Notes: generated by a model not told the origin, from the letters alone. A stretch of DNA of 63,985 nt, filler included, from Circinaria calcarea (GCA_051942165.1; 4 parts of 4 records of this genome joined end to end with filler, not necessarily neighbours in it), one strand, 5' to 3'. Shown: positions 26,243 to 40,361, numbered from the whole stretch's first letter. Translations and numbers: made by a program.

Positions 26243-26507
26243 TTTTACCAGTACATGCGAGGCTAAGCCACACAGATGCCGGATTTTGACTATTGCGCTA
26301 AGGGTTAAACGCTAATGCACGAAGTGTAGCAGATCGGAACGCGCCAGAGTTTCGCATGTCAAGGGCTACTTCTCCGACCTTAAAGTTATCCAAATCATGC
26401 TTCTGTTGCGGTGATATTGTCAGGTGCAAGGTGCAATCATTGTCTCGACATCTCCTGTCGCTGTTCAAAGGAATTCTTACATAATCCTCCATCAGTGGCC
26501 CATTGAT

Positions 26508-27167
26508 ATGCCGACAATGTGGCTTTCCGATACGCAGAGTCTGTCTCCCACCGAATTCTTCTCAGCGCAGTTACTAATGGGTTAAACCGCTGTTTAGAGA
26601 TTGGAGTAGCCTTCTGCTCAGGCGGTAGGTATGGATCTGCCATGCCGCCACCCAAACCTTCCGGTTCTAACAGCATTTCTAGGGGGGTTTTTCCTTTCTG
26701 CAGGGGTTGTCATGTTCTTTGATAGAGCTATGTAAGCTTCCTAGCACTTGTCATTGCCAGAGTAATATGACTAACCGCCTCTGCTAGGCTCGCAATGGGT
26801 AATGTACGCATCGCGGCCCGGTTCTCCTCTTAATACTCATTGACAAGCAGCCTAACCAATCATCCAATAGATACTCTTCCTGCTTGGTCTTCCCTGTATA
26901 ATAGGACCCCAAAAAACCCTCCTGTTCTTTGCCCGTCGGCAGAAGCTCAAAGGTACCGCTGCGTTCGCTCTCGGGATTGGCCTCATCATGTTCCGGTGGA
27001 CCTTTATTGGCTTCTTAGTAGAGTTGTATGGGATCTTTGTCTTATTTGGGGACTTCCTCGCAACAATAGCCGGGTTTGTGGGGAGCGTGCCAGTAATAGG
27101 GCCATGGATTCGATTGGCAATTGAGAAGTTGGGTGTAGGGAGAAGGAATAGCGAATTACCGGTCTGA
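26508..27167 (+). CDS. GOT1: Got1-family Golgi vesicle transport membrane protein, five exons (absent from the ORF track)
   Basis: Manual splicing gives MPTMWLSDTQKIGVAFCSGGGFFLSAGVVMFFDRAMLAMGNILFLLGLPCIIGPQKTLLFFARRQKLKGTAAFALGIGLIMFRWTFIGFLVELYGIFVLFGDF…GRRNSELPV*. Confidence 0.92.
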
Positions 27168-27782
27168 GGCTTAGCCGGATGGTGTGAGGAGTGTAAGATG
27201 ATTTACAAAAAGGCTACGTGACAAGAGGTGGTTTCCTTCGTGAGAGTGATGCTCTACGAAAGGGTATTACTAGCGACCAGCATCTGCCGACGAGGGCGTC
27301 GGCTTCTCAGTTAAGAAGCCAGATATTAAGTCATTCAGGGGATATGATACGTTGGCATCATGTCAATTATGAAGATTCGCTGCAAGCTAGCGGCCTGGAG
27401 CTATATTATAGTTATTCTCACGAAGCTCTTACATACCTATTGTGATAACATTTCAAGGCCTAAGAGGCTATTACCTTTTAACAATAGTTTACATTTACTT
27501 CCACATGAGTATAATGATGGCTCAGAGACTAAATCTGAATAGACCTTGCAAATGGATATTCTTGAAGTGCCATCTAGCAAAATGCAAAGATGGTACGTCA
27601 TGAGGCTGAAATCCTGCATTTTCTAACGGCGTCTAAATCCTGTAAACAATAGGTGGTTAGTCGCATCAGCAGATCCACGAGTGAAGCTGCCAACATAACC
27701 GATATGAAGCTGAGGCCAAAGCAAAACTTATGGTCATGACCGAGGAAATATGTACAGTTATATTCTGATGGGATGAAGCACT

Positions 27783-29959
27783 ATGTCTTTTGTGGTCGAG
27801 TGAGGGAGTTATAGCTTCACTGGCTCACGGATCATTTTGCTAATCAGAGCCCAGCCAGGTTCGTCGCATAGACGGGCAGCTCGACCGTCTGCAACTTTCT
27901 TATCAGCCTTCCACTCTTGAGTCTCCTATTCTCGGGTCAGACTCCGAAGATTTCCGGGAATCCGCCGCCGTCAACGGACAAAACTTGCAACGAATCACGC
28001 AGCTCCAGTCAGTAGTCAAGTCACTATCGACAGCTTCCTCCTCACGACCGTTGCTCTCCGCTTGGCGGCTACAGGACTTACTACAGCAAGCACGACTATC
28101 GGGTGTATCTTCAGCAGCTGAGGATGGCGACCAAGCAGACAAGGCTTATGAACAGGAATTGGAGTGGTTACTAGTTAGCAAAGCAGCAGCACAGACGTAC
28201 GGTCTTATTCTCAATGTGTTGTTGGAGCAAACCATTCCGTTAAGCAACGATATATGGTACTGGGATGAAGTCCTTGGATCCTATACTTATACCGGGCTCT
28301 ATACCATTCAAACGTCGCCCCTGCGATTCTGGGCTTGGTCGAAGGATATTTATCGGGATGCCAAGGGTCGATTGGATTCCTTAACGGCCAACAATGAACA
28401 CGCGCGACAGGCTTCAGTCTCGCTGTCTGACAGGTGGCGTCAATTCTATGGTCTAGTCAAGGATAGCATCCGAGATCGCTCGATAGCAGATATGCAATCC
28501 AAAGTCATGTCGCCCTTGACATTATGTCGGTCTGAGGCAAGATACAAACAGCAACATCTCAAGAAACTACGGGAGATGAGTGCTAGCGGGTTGGGCGTAC
28601 TGATGGACGAAGGCTTGTCTTTCGACACGGACGAGGAAGGGTTGATCGTCTCAAAGAGTCAAGCAGAAGACGCAACCAAGGAGGAGTGGAAGAGTATAGT
28701 TTCCAAAAGCGTTGCGCTGATGGAGACGGTACTCCGAAACGTCACTTCGCTTGAAACTGGTATCAGTGAATTTGAGGATTCTGTCTTTCTAAGTGTGGAA
28801 GAGGATCCGGAACTAGTACAGCGGCACACAGATGAAATGGCCTTGTCCAGGCCAACACTGCTTGCGGGCCGGCTTCAGCAGATCCTGGTCACTCATATAC
28901 CCAATCACATTGCCACCTCGAGCAAGCTATCGAAAGAGCACGGGAGACCGTCCCCCTTGATCCGATACTGGCTGCCAGCCACGGTCCTTATACTGTCTTC
29001 GAGCACATTGTTTCGTATATTTGTCAATAGAAAGGCCGAAATACTGACGTGGGTACGCGACCTTGGGACAACTATTATAGACTTCTGGTACAATTGGGTG
29101 GTCGAGCCTGTGAAGAAAATCATCGGCACTATACGGCATGATGAAAACAGTGAAGTTGCGCTTATGACCAAAGGAAGCCTAGAAGGCGATCGAGCTAGCT
29201 TAGAAAGGATGGTGGTGGATTTCGCATTGGACAATCCGAATAGTACCGACGGAGAGCCCCTCAACGAGGCACAGATCATGGAGATCCGAGTTAAGGTCAA
29301 GGAAGGTGATCTAACTCCTGTTCTGAAAGCCTACGAAAGGGATCTACGCAGGCCTATTATGGGCACTATTCGCGGGGATCTCATCCGTGCCCTCCTGATA
29401 CAGATCCAAAAGACCAAGGTGGATGTTGAGGTTGCCGTCGCTGGGATAGATGCACTTCTGAAGAGCCAAGAATTGGTGTTTGGGTAAGTTGATTTGATCC
29501 ATCGATCGAACCGTTTGACTGATCGAGGACAGATTTGTCGGGTTGACGCCTGGAATACTAGTCTGCCTAGGAGTCGCCCGATGGCTTAGTGGCTTCTTCG
29601 ATGGACGCAAAGGTAGAGTAAGGGGGCAAAAGCAGGGCCGAATGCTTCGTGTCTTACGGTTAGTTAACCTCTTGCGTAAGGACTGAGATTTACTAAAAGG
29701 AATCACCAGAAACGTAGATCGTATTCTGACAGCATCAACACCATCCAACAACGGGATGCTGTCATACAAAGAACATGGCTTGCTTCTGTGTGAGGTCCAT
29801 GTTCTGCGGCAGAATGCACAGAGAGTCTTACCGGGGGAGATCCACCGCGAATTCTTGGAGGAAATCAACGATCTCGTTGATATTCGGACGGGCGTACAGC
29901 GACAGCTTAGAGTTGTGGAACGGATCCGGTGGGCTTACTCAAAGTGGCTGCACCAATAG
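27783..29959 (+). CDS. NCA2: Nuclear control of ATP synthase protein Nca2 family
   Basis: MSFVVD|QVRRIDGQLDRL start, IWYWDEVL, GRPSPLIRYWLP, NWVVEPVKKIIGTIRHDE, SLERMVVDF, LLIQIQKTKVDVEVAVAGIDALLKSQELVFG, last exon GLLLCEVHVLR…RWAYSKWLHQ*. Confidence 0.88.
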
Positions 29960-30494
29960 TAGATATCCATTATGAGGTAGCAATTAGCATAGCATAGCCA
30001 AACAGGTTGGCGTCCAGGGTAGGTGATGGATCAGGAGTCAACTTATCAACTGTAAACATCAAGTATTCACCATCTATTTTTCGGGAATCATGATCTGAAA
30101 TGTTGTACAATCCTAAATATCTATGCTTTATTGAGAATAAAAGACATAGCAGTTTAACCGTACTTCAAAAAATCCGCAGTCCCACGGTGCCTTTCTTTCG
30201 TCGTTCCTGTGATGCTCCGGTTGCAACTTCATTCCGTCAGCTATCACACACCAACAAACTACAGATCTCCTAATATCCTACCAACACCACCTTCGCATTC
30301 AACTCCACAAAGAATCACACGACAGTACCCTGGAGGTCATTACAGCTTACTGTGGGACTGCTTGCCTTGATCTGTCCCACGAAGATAATATACCATCGTC
30401 ACCACCCACTTAGCCATCTTGGTAGCTCCGAGCTACATATTTCCTGCTCCTAAGAGACTACTACTCCGTAATAACTCTCACCACAGTCGTGACC

Positions 30495-31254
30495 ATGGCC
30501 GGAACGCGGAACTACGACTTTCTGGTTCGTGGCTGCTGCCGGGGAGCAGACTCTCGTATCCACCGCCATACAGCTAACCTCACCTAGATCAAACTGCTCC
30601 TCATTGGCGACTCCGGCGTAGGCAAATCGTGCTGCTTGCTTCGGTTTAGCGAAGACTCATTTACACCCTCGTTTATCACCACCATAGGCATCGACTTCAA
30701 GATCCGGACCATCGAGTTAGACGGGAAGCGAGTAAAGCTACAGATATGGGATACTGCGGGCCAAGAAAGATTTAGAACCATTACGACGGCATACTACAGA
30801 GGCGCCATGGGGATATTACTGGTCTATGATGTCACCGATGAGCGCTCATTCAACAGTATGCTTTCTACATGCCCCTTCCACTGCAATGAGGGGGATGCGC
30901 GGAATATACCTAACTATCCTTTGACAAATAGATATTCGGACCTGGTTCTCCAATGTCGAACAGCACGCCACCGAAGGCGTCAACAAAATCCTAATCGGCA
31001 ACAAATGCGACTGGGAAGAAAAACGCGCCGTCTCCACCGAGCGAGGGCAGCAACTCGCCGACGAACTCGGCATCCCCTTCCTCGAAGTCAGCGCGAAGAG
31101 TAACATCAACGTGGAGAAGGCGTTTTACAGTCTGGCCGGGGATATCAAGAAGCGGCTCATGGAAAGCTCGAAGTCGGAGCCGGGCACGACACAAGGGGTC
31201 AATGTCGCGGATCAAGGGGCATTAGGCTCGGGGTTGGGGGGGAAATGCTGTTAG
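30495..31254 (+). CDS. SEC4: Rab GTPase Sec4/Ypt2/Rab8
   Basis: [80 protein letters not shown]-terminal GGKCC prenylation motif; two introns. Confidence 0.95.
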
Positions 31255-33267
31255 AATGATGCTCGCGGAGAAAAGTACACGAGAGGGGATGAGCCAGCAT
31301 GAGGGGAAATGGGGGTAATTCGGCTTTTGCATGTCATAGACCTGAAAGGATCGCACCGGTGGCTTGGGCATTGGTCGTGCAACGAAACAGGCGTCTCCAG
31401 AGCGCCCGGTGTTACAGGAAGATGGAAGGGAGCCCCGTCTGCCCAGCGTGTTCCTCTTTGACCTGGCTTTGTGCATTTCCACGTGCACGGTTGCAGCATT
31501 ATCTGGTATCTTTTCTGCATGTCAAACAAACATAGATTTTTCTTTACTTTCGCTCCGGAAAACCCCATATCACGCTAAGCTTAATCGAGGTCTTTCTTCC
31601 TTTGTTGCAGGTCGATAGGATGATGTGTATGGACAACAGATTTGGTTTCCCTCGAGATATACATGTAAAATGCCCAAAGGGGTCCCAGCGCCAACATTTA
31701 TGTATACAGTAGTAGTAAAGCCCCAGCGCTACGTTCCAGATCAGTATAGCCGAATGGGGCTCAGTGCTATCGCTTATCGATCTGAAACAGAAGACCAGAA
31801 GAAAATATGTACATAGCCTTATACCTCAAAATAGCCTTGAGAACCTTGTTGATCCTTTTTCTGGGGCTGAGCCGACCTCGTTGCTCTGTCTCCTATCGGA
31901 TTGACTCGGAGAGACGTGTTTCAAGTCACAGAGGCGTAGACCCTTTGGTACTACCAGCCCTCAGCTCTGCCTACCATCAATCATCACTGGCTCTGAATAT
32001 ACGACAGGGTGGGCAAGACTGTCTCAAGAAGTTCTAAAAAGTGGACATGATGCATTATGGATCGCTGCACGATTTGTGGGTGCAGCTTGGTACGCTGTAC
32101 AAGACAGGGCGCAGTCTGCTCATAGCTATCTAGCACGCTGCTGATCTTTGCCACGAGCAGCAAATGCAGCTTAACCAATCCGTCTGCTAGAAGCTGAAGG
32201 AGACCAATCGAGGCAACTCAAAAGCCTTGCCTGGAATTGTTCTCTGCTCCTTTCTCTGTATCTCATGTTATCAATACACTTTTATAAAGCCCTGTTTGTT
32301 CCGACTTACGCTGATGTCTACTCTGCTAATAATATCATATTTCAATTTACGTTCAGCGTTGAACCAATTTTCCTTAAAAAACCCTTTCCTTTATGTCTGC
32401 ATACAACGTGCGCTCAGCCCCCGCAGCCTATCTGCATGTGTATCTTCCCACATTCTCTACTCGCTCATCTCCGGCATCAGCAGCACCGCGTGGGATTCCA
32501 CCGCCGAGGCTGTGGCTTTGGCAATGAACTCCTCACCGACGACCCACCTCCAAAACACCTGTGCGGGTATCATCGGCGTCAAGACCTTTCGGACCCCCCC
32601 GGTCAGAATTCTTGCGGCGGAGCCCGAATGGCGCCAAGCAGGAAGGCCCACCTTCGAATTGGTATTCGGAGACGCAGAAGAGCAAGGCACGGGATGGTTC
32701 GGGGGGTATGGAAACGAATGTGGATTATGGCTGAGTTGAAGATGGATGGAGAAATTGTTGAAACCGGAAGGGAAAAAGGACATGAAAGATTTTTGACAAC
32801 TCGGATACGATAAAGGAGCAAGCAAGTCGTCGGATCGTCCAGAATGGAGGCGGAGACGGAGACGGAATCTGGTCGGCTAAAGATTTAACAATGGAGAATG
32901 ATTCTATGATTATCTTTTTGTTCGGATCCGAAGATTGACGATGATGCAGAATGACTACACTGATCCCATTTCTTTTGCGACTGGCGGCGCAGCGCTGGCA
33001 TCCTGCATAAGAATGATGACGTGGGTATCAGGGTATCATAGGTGCCCTTGAACGTTTAAAAGGGCCCCACGGGTTGGTTTTATTCATGGTGATGGCCATT
33101 CTCCAAGGGTCACGATTTGTACCTAAACCTACCAGTTCCACCCAAATCTACCAGTATAGCAAAGCAAAATTAGTCGGATCCCGGACGGCCCCCAAAAACC
33201 TTCATCGTCCGACTTTTCCTTTTGTTCGCTGAAAAGGGAAGAAAACCCCATTCTTCCCCCCTACCCC

Positions 33268-33604
33268 CTAACCCTTCCTCCCAAACCCTTCATACCTCTC
33301 CCTCATCTCCCGCGTGATCCCTTTCCTCACCTGCGCCAACCCAGTCTCAAAGTGCCTCCGCGCAGCCTGCTGCCTGCTCCCGGACCTCTCCTGCTCCGCC
33401 AGCGCCGCATACCCTGCCTTCTGACAGATACTCACCAACTCGGCGCCCGAGTAGCCGTCCGTAGCCTCCGCCAGCCAGGACGCGTCGACATCGTCCGCGG
33501 TATCCGTTTGGCGCAGCTGGATCTCGAGGATCTCCCGCCGCGCATCGAGGTTCGGGGGTCCGACGTAGAGGATCGTGTCGAGACGGCCCGGCCGCATGAG
33601 GGCG
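33268..33604 (-). CDS. C-terminal fragment of an AAA+ ATPase (Afg2/Cdc48-like D2 domain), 5' part lost in the gap
   Basis: Second region of homology ALMRPGRLD, then ILYVGPPNLDARREIL and TDGYSGAELVSICQKA. Confidence 0.85.
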
Positions 33605-33704
33605 NNNNNNNNNNNNNNNNNNNNNNNNNNNNNNNNNNNNNNNNNNNNTTAATTAATTAANNNNNNNNNNNNNNNNNNNNNNNNNNNNNNNNNNNNNNNN
33701 NNNN
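33605..33704. other. Artificial contig linker N44-TTAATTAATTAA-N44
   Basis: Same spacer as at 16768. Confidence 0.97.
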
Positions 33705-33750
33705 GTATTACGGGGGGAAGTAGCGATCAAGATGGAAATCCTCAGGGGAG
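33705..33750. repeat. 46-bp perfect inverted copy of 34052-34097
   Basis: GTATTACGGGGGGAAGTAGCGATCAAGATGGAAATCCTCAGGGGAG is the exact reverse complement of VPS41 coding sequence at 34052-34097. Confidence 0.95.
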
Positions 33751-36700
33751 AGTGTCGTAGGATAGGAGACAAGGGAGATGAAAGACGTGGGTGCAGGGGA
33801 AGGAGATCAGGGGGTGGGAATCTGAAGATCGAAGGATGCGTTAGCGTGCTATATGCAAGGGAAGTGGGAGGTGGGGCAGAGGGTGAAAAGAAAGGAAAGA
33901 GTAAAGAGGGAACGGCTACCATCTTCCAAAAGCACCTCTCCACACCCCCAGCAGTGCCCGGGTTTGACATGCTCAGGTCTCTTTGGAGGAGGATGCTTGC
34001 TCCTCTGTCGGCTACCATGCCCAACTTCAAACTTAATCCCTCTCTTCCGACCTCCCCTGAGGATTTCCATCTTGATCGCTACTTCCCCCCGTAATACTCT
34101 CGCTACACCTTCACTGATACTGTCCTGGAGTTCGTATTCTTTAATCATGCGACTCAAACCCTCTCTCAGCCCTTCGATCTCGAGTCCTTCTGGTATTCGA
34201 CGCACAAGTTTGATGGGATCAATTGCCGTACCCACTTCTTCGAGTAATCCTCGAATAAAAGACGGTTTGTTCATGGAGTAATCAAGCAAGTCGTTCCAGA
34301 GATCAGGATCGTCTTGGTCTTTAGCAAAAGTGATAGCCTGGGAAACATCTTGGAGATTTTCGATGATGATGAAAAGTGCTTTCTTCGTACGACCTTCTTT
34401 TGAAAGCAAATAGACCAGTTCAGGGATATACTGGCGCTTCTCGCAAATCGCAGACGCGATGGAGAGGGTGTAAGACTGAGATGTTTTGAGAAAGTCAAGC
34501 AGTAACGGACGGTCGTATTCTGCAAAAAGTTCAACGGCTAGATCGGCAAAGTCGGAGACAAGGGATTTTCCTTCCGTAGCAGCTAGATGGGTTGAGGATA
34601 GGGGTTCCTCCACATTGGAGGACGAGGTATCGCCGTTCCAGAGGGCACGGAGGTAAAAGAAAAGGTATGGTAGCATACCGGGTCGTGATTTCAGTTGGGA
34701 AATAACGGTCTCAGGGCGGACAATGCCGTGGTGGGCTTCGTCAACAAGTAGGCGGATGGGTTCAGCGGTGAGTTCTTCAAGTTCCGAGAGAGGTGCGGAT
34801 TTTTGCTGCTCTTTCGATATACGCAGTAGGATAAGACCAGGGATATCGTCTGACAGCGCATCGATAAGGTGATAGGTACTGATGAGAGCCATGGCTGAGT
34901 CTGCGTCGTGGAGCTTAATATAGCATTTCAGTGCTTCCCTAGCTCGTGCATCCGCAAGGTACAGCTTGGCTAAACATTCCATCAAGGTCCGCCAGTCCCT
35001 ACCCATTTCTTGACCTTCTACCGTATCCTCTCGTACATCACCAGCATTTAACTTCCCTTGTATGGCATGTATAACGCTATTGACATCGAAGAGCTCAGGA
35101 GGCCATCGCTCCAGGAGCTCTTTCAACCGGGTTCTGTCCTGCAAGATGTAATGTCCAAGCACATCCTCGTACACAAGAGACGGCAACGGTGGCTGGAGCT
35201 GAGTCGTGGGTATGTAGGGCGTAATCTCGGCATACTTGTTCTCGTGTGCGAATACCCATATCCAACGCTCCCAACTAGCGGAGGTACCAAGGACGCGGCC
35301 GCAAACCTCTCCAGCTTTGCTCCATTCCTTTTGATTGACAAGCTGCTGGACCCATCGATCGCCGATTCGACGCTTTTCCTTCTCCACCTGGGAATTGAAG
35401 TTTTGGCTGAGCGACGTGGTTGTTTGAGAGCCATCATCAGCAAAAAAGTCCTCCAAACTAATCGGTGCTGCTTTTAAGTCATTCACTGCCCTAGTAGGCG
35501 TCCCAGGAGAGCTCCCCGGCGTTCTCTCAGGTAGACCGGTGACGGCTTCGGGATGTGCATCAAGTAAATTCCACGCCTCTTCATATTTCTCATGCGAGTC
35601 TAGCCACGCCAAGTGATCGGAAATAGTAGGTCTTGTAGCAAGAACGCAGTCATAGGGACTTTGAATGAATATTTTCATACCTCTTGTCAAGGTAGCAGGG
35701 TGAGGGATTTGGCCTGACTTCACCGCTGTCAGATTATTATCAGCAATAATGCCACTTGGGGTTCTACTGCTTGATTGACGCTCGCTGATGCTGCTGTTAC
35801 TACGGCTGCTCGGCGCATTTGGAGCAGAAGTGAAGAATCGTGTGGGATACATTGTGGCATCCCACAATCCACTCCCAATAATTCTGGTTGAGTCGCCGAG
35901 AACTCGAGTCGGATACATGGTCGCATCCCAGATGGTGCCACCGATAGTCTCAAGAGTCCCTCTTTGATTGACAATTTTTGACGCAGTTCGAATCACAGGT
36001 AGTACGCCTAGATGGTAATCTGTTGCTGATAGACTCTCAAACCGACTAACATTGAGAGTGTCCGCAACACAGACCTCTTCTTTTGTTGTAATATCGATTA
36101 TCCTCATCTCTGGTTGCAAGCCATTACGTCGACGATGAAATCCACGTTTCGGGGTTGACTGAGCATTAGATAAAGTATGATTGTCATCTTCCTCTGGGGT
36201 AACGTATGCAAGAACAAGAAGCAGATTCGGGGTATAAAGCGAAATTCCAGATATAATACAGTCCGTCCGTAAACTGTTGCGCGTTAGGATTGGCAGTTTT
36301 ACAAAAACGATAGTATCTTACATTGTCACAACCTCCGCACGGCCTACTTTTGGCTCACCAACTTCTCTTCCCACACCAGGACCGCCTGGGTAGACATCAA
36401 TGATCCAGATGGTCCCTGCCCACCCTATTACCAGTCTCTCAGCGCGCCTTACGCTGCGATCATTCCTTTGGGGCAGGCCATTGACAGCGTTAGACTCTGC
36501 GTCCGCGCCATTGGTTTGCGTTCCGTTAGACACATTCAACGGCGCTTCCTCGGACTCCAGCCCATCTTCGTTAATCCATTCTGCCCTTGCTTTCCAAACG
36601 CCAGCCATCTCATCCCAACCAGGCCGATTTGGTCGGTCGATATGACTGATCCGTTTCCAGGATGCATCTGTTTCGGCCGCCTCTAAATGAAGATTCGAGC

Positions 36701-37730
36701 GCATAATCTTGATCCCTTGTTCATTAACCCAAACCACGAATTTCCCAGTCAGTGACCACTTGATCGTACTGATACTGCCCTCCCCGGAGTGTAACACAGT
36801 ATCATTGCCATTTTGCGAGCCCAACCCAATTGTGCCACCAATCGTCCCAAGCCATCCCGAAGCTGCTGCAGCGGCTCCCCCGGTAGTGTTCGAGGTAGAA
36901 CTTGTTCCCGCCCGTCCACCCACGGTCATCACCAGATTTCCAGCAAGTCCCCCCGAGAGATACGTTCGATCGTTTTTGTATTCTGGCGAAAGGGCTACAG
37001 CTTGCAAAGGACGGCCAAAGTTGCGCAATAGCACGTCCTTCGGATCTAGCAACGAAGCTACACAAACATTGCCATCGATGGAAGACGTAGCGATGTGTAT
37101 AGAGTTCGACGGTGTCACTGGTACTGGCGGTTGTTTGGGGCTCTTTGGCGACGAGACATTCGGTGCAGTATTAATTGAGGAACGTCCGGGAGAGTCCAGA
37201 CGATCAGAAGCAATCCTTTTCAAGGCGTCTGGTCGTGCTACGGGGAGTGGAGGCGGATTCGGCGAAATGGAAACCATTGTGATTGATGCCGAATGCGCGT
37301 GATATACTCGGAGTGGCTGGAAAGATGGAAGAGATAGAACATGCTGTACGAGGTTCAGAAGCTATAGGGTATATATTAAAGTAGAGGATAGTCATACAAT
37401 ATTCCCGTTGTGAGTTCCAATTACCTAAGGGAAGTTTAGCAATTGAAACAGTATTCTGTATCCTTCAAGTCTCCTCGCACGGGTCTGACAGCATACCATC
37501 TTATCTCCAGCGACCATGAAGGCACTCGTTGCATCTGCGTTTCTATATACGGGTGCTTGACTCTTCGTCAACGAAGCGTACTTCAATCTCGGCTCCTCCT
37601 CTTCCTCTGCTTCTTCTTCTTCTTCTTCATCCTCGTCGCTCGCCTTGTCATGGAGGCCATTTCCCATTGCTTCTTGGCCATCTTCCTCTGCACCGTCATC
37701 GTTGTCCTTTTCCTTGACATCCAGCGCCAT
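33742..37730 (-). CDS. VPS41: HOPS complex subunit Vps41 (WD region, clathrin heavy-chain repeat, RING-H2); 3' end corrupted at the contig end
   Basis: Acidic N-terminus then EEPRLKYASL, ATSSIDGNVCV, AVALSPEYKNDRTYLSGG, LHSGEGSISTIKWS, FAEYDRPLLLDFL, DDPDLWNDLLDYSMNKPSFIRGLL, RING CWGC…CTHVFHLPCLL. A short extra upstream exon near 37854 is possible. Confidence 0.92.
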
Positions 37731-40361
37731 TCGGACCCCGTCGGCATCAACTGGAGGACCAAAAGGGCCTGAGTACCAAGGAATTTTGTCTTAGGCAAGT
37801 TTGAATGACTAAGCAAGAAATCTGACCAATCACAAGGCTCGCCGACTTCGTCATTCCATCTTGTTGACTTTGCAACTTCGGCCTCGATCAGTTACATTTA
37901 AGCCTATTCCATTGTAGGGTCCGGCTCTAATATGAGCCCTGTAACAGTATGGTTCTAAAAAATGTCTTACGCATTTGCTGTGTCGATGGTGACAGGTACC
38001 CTCTTCCGCTCATATCACAGAATGGCTCCTTTATACAATGTTTATACCCAACGCTTTCTGGCCAAGCACAATAGAAGAATGAGGGTAATATAATTTCTCA
38101 TGACCAGCGTGACTATTGATGGGCTGTCTATGATCAGCTGGCTGGCATCTCCAACGTCCTTGAAGACCTCAGAAATCGGAGTTCCTAGGAGCAAATATCC
38201 ATTGGGTGTTCGTTGTAGAATGGGGAGACTCGTTATAGGTAACATACCCGAATTAAGTTATCTTTCCCTCACCAGCCCTACAAGTCTTCCAAGATCAGGT
38301 CTGCGCAGTATAGAAGGAGTCCTTGGAGCACTAGGTGTCTTTATATTCCTGACCATGATGGTATTGGTTTTATTTGAATGAATCGGATAAGGAGATTTGA
38401 TCGGCCTTTTCTACTCATTAAATATCATTATATATCGTGCATTTGTTAGTTTGTGGGTACTGTTGGTTCTCCCTGTACTATTCTCGTCATCGAGAAGTGC
38501 TCTTTATACTTTGCCCCTAAAGTCATCAAGGATCCTAGCCACTTTCACAGTTTCTACGATAATAAGCGTTTTCTAGTCTCTACCGCCTGTATTTGCTCTT
38601 TATATGCTAATTACGCGGTTTTTGGATGGTGATTAGTTCAATGACATACAACCTTGCCAAAGCCGCCGGTAGAGACGCATTCGCTATCAATCACGGTTAG
38701 TGGAACGTGTATTGAACGCTATCCGGTCGATTACTATGCAGCTGCTCTCAATTCCAGAGGTCTTCCTTACCATACACTGCACCAGCGTCACCCCTCCAAG
38801 TATGGTGATTTCGTTCGTTAATCAATACATTACGGATATCGGCGCAACATTTTGTTGGCGGCACATCTTGCTTTAGTATTCAGGGTACCCATCGGCTGTG
38901 GAATCGGCAAACCAATTTCTTGAAGAAACTTCCTTAACCTGTATGTTTTCTTCCGGGCTTTGCCATCTTTGGCTTAGCCACGGACATCTTCCGCCAAATT
39001 GTTACTCAAGAAATTGAGCCCTTCACCTGGACATACCCAACGAAACCAGCCTTGGAGAAGCTTTCCGCTGACAAAAGCGTTGCTATGGCACGCAATGATA
39101 CCAAAGCAATATGAAGTAGATGGCAAGGATGTGCTCATGGATCTTCAAGCAATTCAATGCCGCTGACAATTGGAGTCATGCAAAGGATGACAGCATTGAG
39201 ATTGACACATGGGTTAACCTACTGGCTTTGAAGCCTATTTCATCGAACTCGTGGTATGTCCTCGTTTCCACATTACTCTAGTCCCTTTAAGTCCCCGCTA
39301 CTTCGAGGACCCTTAGACCTGGGATGGTTGGGGTGAAAAGCAGCTACACTGGGATAGACTGGATCACAGTGCTTTTCCTCAAGATGGCTGGTATGTACAT
39401 CAGAAATTAGAAGGCAGGCAATAGCTTGGGAACGGTTGACTCGAGCGAAGAGGACGTCCTCTCTCTCTGTCGCCTTCAGCCAGCCTCCGTCCTAGGTGCA
39501 AGCGACTCTCTTCCGCTACTACTTGACGTGGGGTTTTATAGTATGAAGCTTTTGCCATGTCTTCTCTTAGTGAACCTGGTGATATACCCTCGTTCCGGGA
39601 GGGAGCGTCTATCCGATTTCGGCACCCTCGGGTATAGCAAGACAGGCTCGCTCTAGATAGCGGGTGCGTAATCTTTGAAAGCTGCAAGGAATGGAGTTGA
39701 GCTTGGGAGTAAAAGTGGGCCGAATGTATCCAGGCAGCTGAGACAGGTACGATGGGAATGTGGTGGCATTATAGACCGATTAGCTGGATTCTCATATGTA
39801 CATTATAGTCGGTAGCAGAAGCCAGGCGGAAGGGGGGAAATAGGTTTTTTGCTGGGCCTATGCTAGTTGTAACTGATCACTTATGAAATCTAAAACTCTC
39901 TGGACTTTGTTTTGTCACTTGCATTCCCCGGTCATTCAATTGTAAATAGGAGCTATCTATCCCTTGTCCACGACCCTGACGACACGTCAGGGGCAGACGC
40001 GCAGGGCTGGGATCTAAGCGATAATCAGCAGCTCGCCGGAGAAAAGAAAAATGTTGAAGCAGCGTGGCAGCCCCACATTTCGAATCAACACTCACAGTAC
40101 AGTATACTGTCGTTTACCTGGACCGGGCTTCTTCTGCATGATCGAATGCCACTTGTTCCGCTCTCTAACTAAGAAGGTAAACCTTCGGTTTAACTCCTTT
40201 ACTCAAAGATAATAAATCCGAGAGGAGAACTGTTGCCGCATTCTAATCTCAGCTTGGGGCAACTAGCCTTCACTTGTTCTATTGTGCGCAACAGCAGCTG
40301 TCAGCCCTTCTCTTTGGCAGGCTCAGGCCCCCAGACGGTTTAAGGGAACACCGCCTTCAAA

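Noticed and set aside
26298..26676. Minus-strand ORFs with apparent splice signals
   Set aside because: They overlap or abut the GOT1 exons on the + strand (one ATG is only 16 bp from the GOT1 ATG), and I could not build a coherent protein.
32227..32825. Overlapping 120-180 aa ORFs on both strands
   Set aside because: No recognisable domain and no frame clearly preferred; a small orphan gene cannot be excluded.
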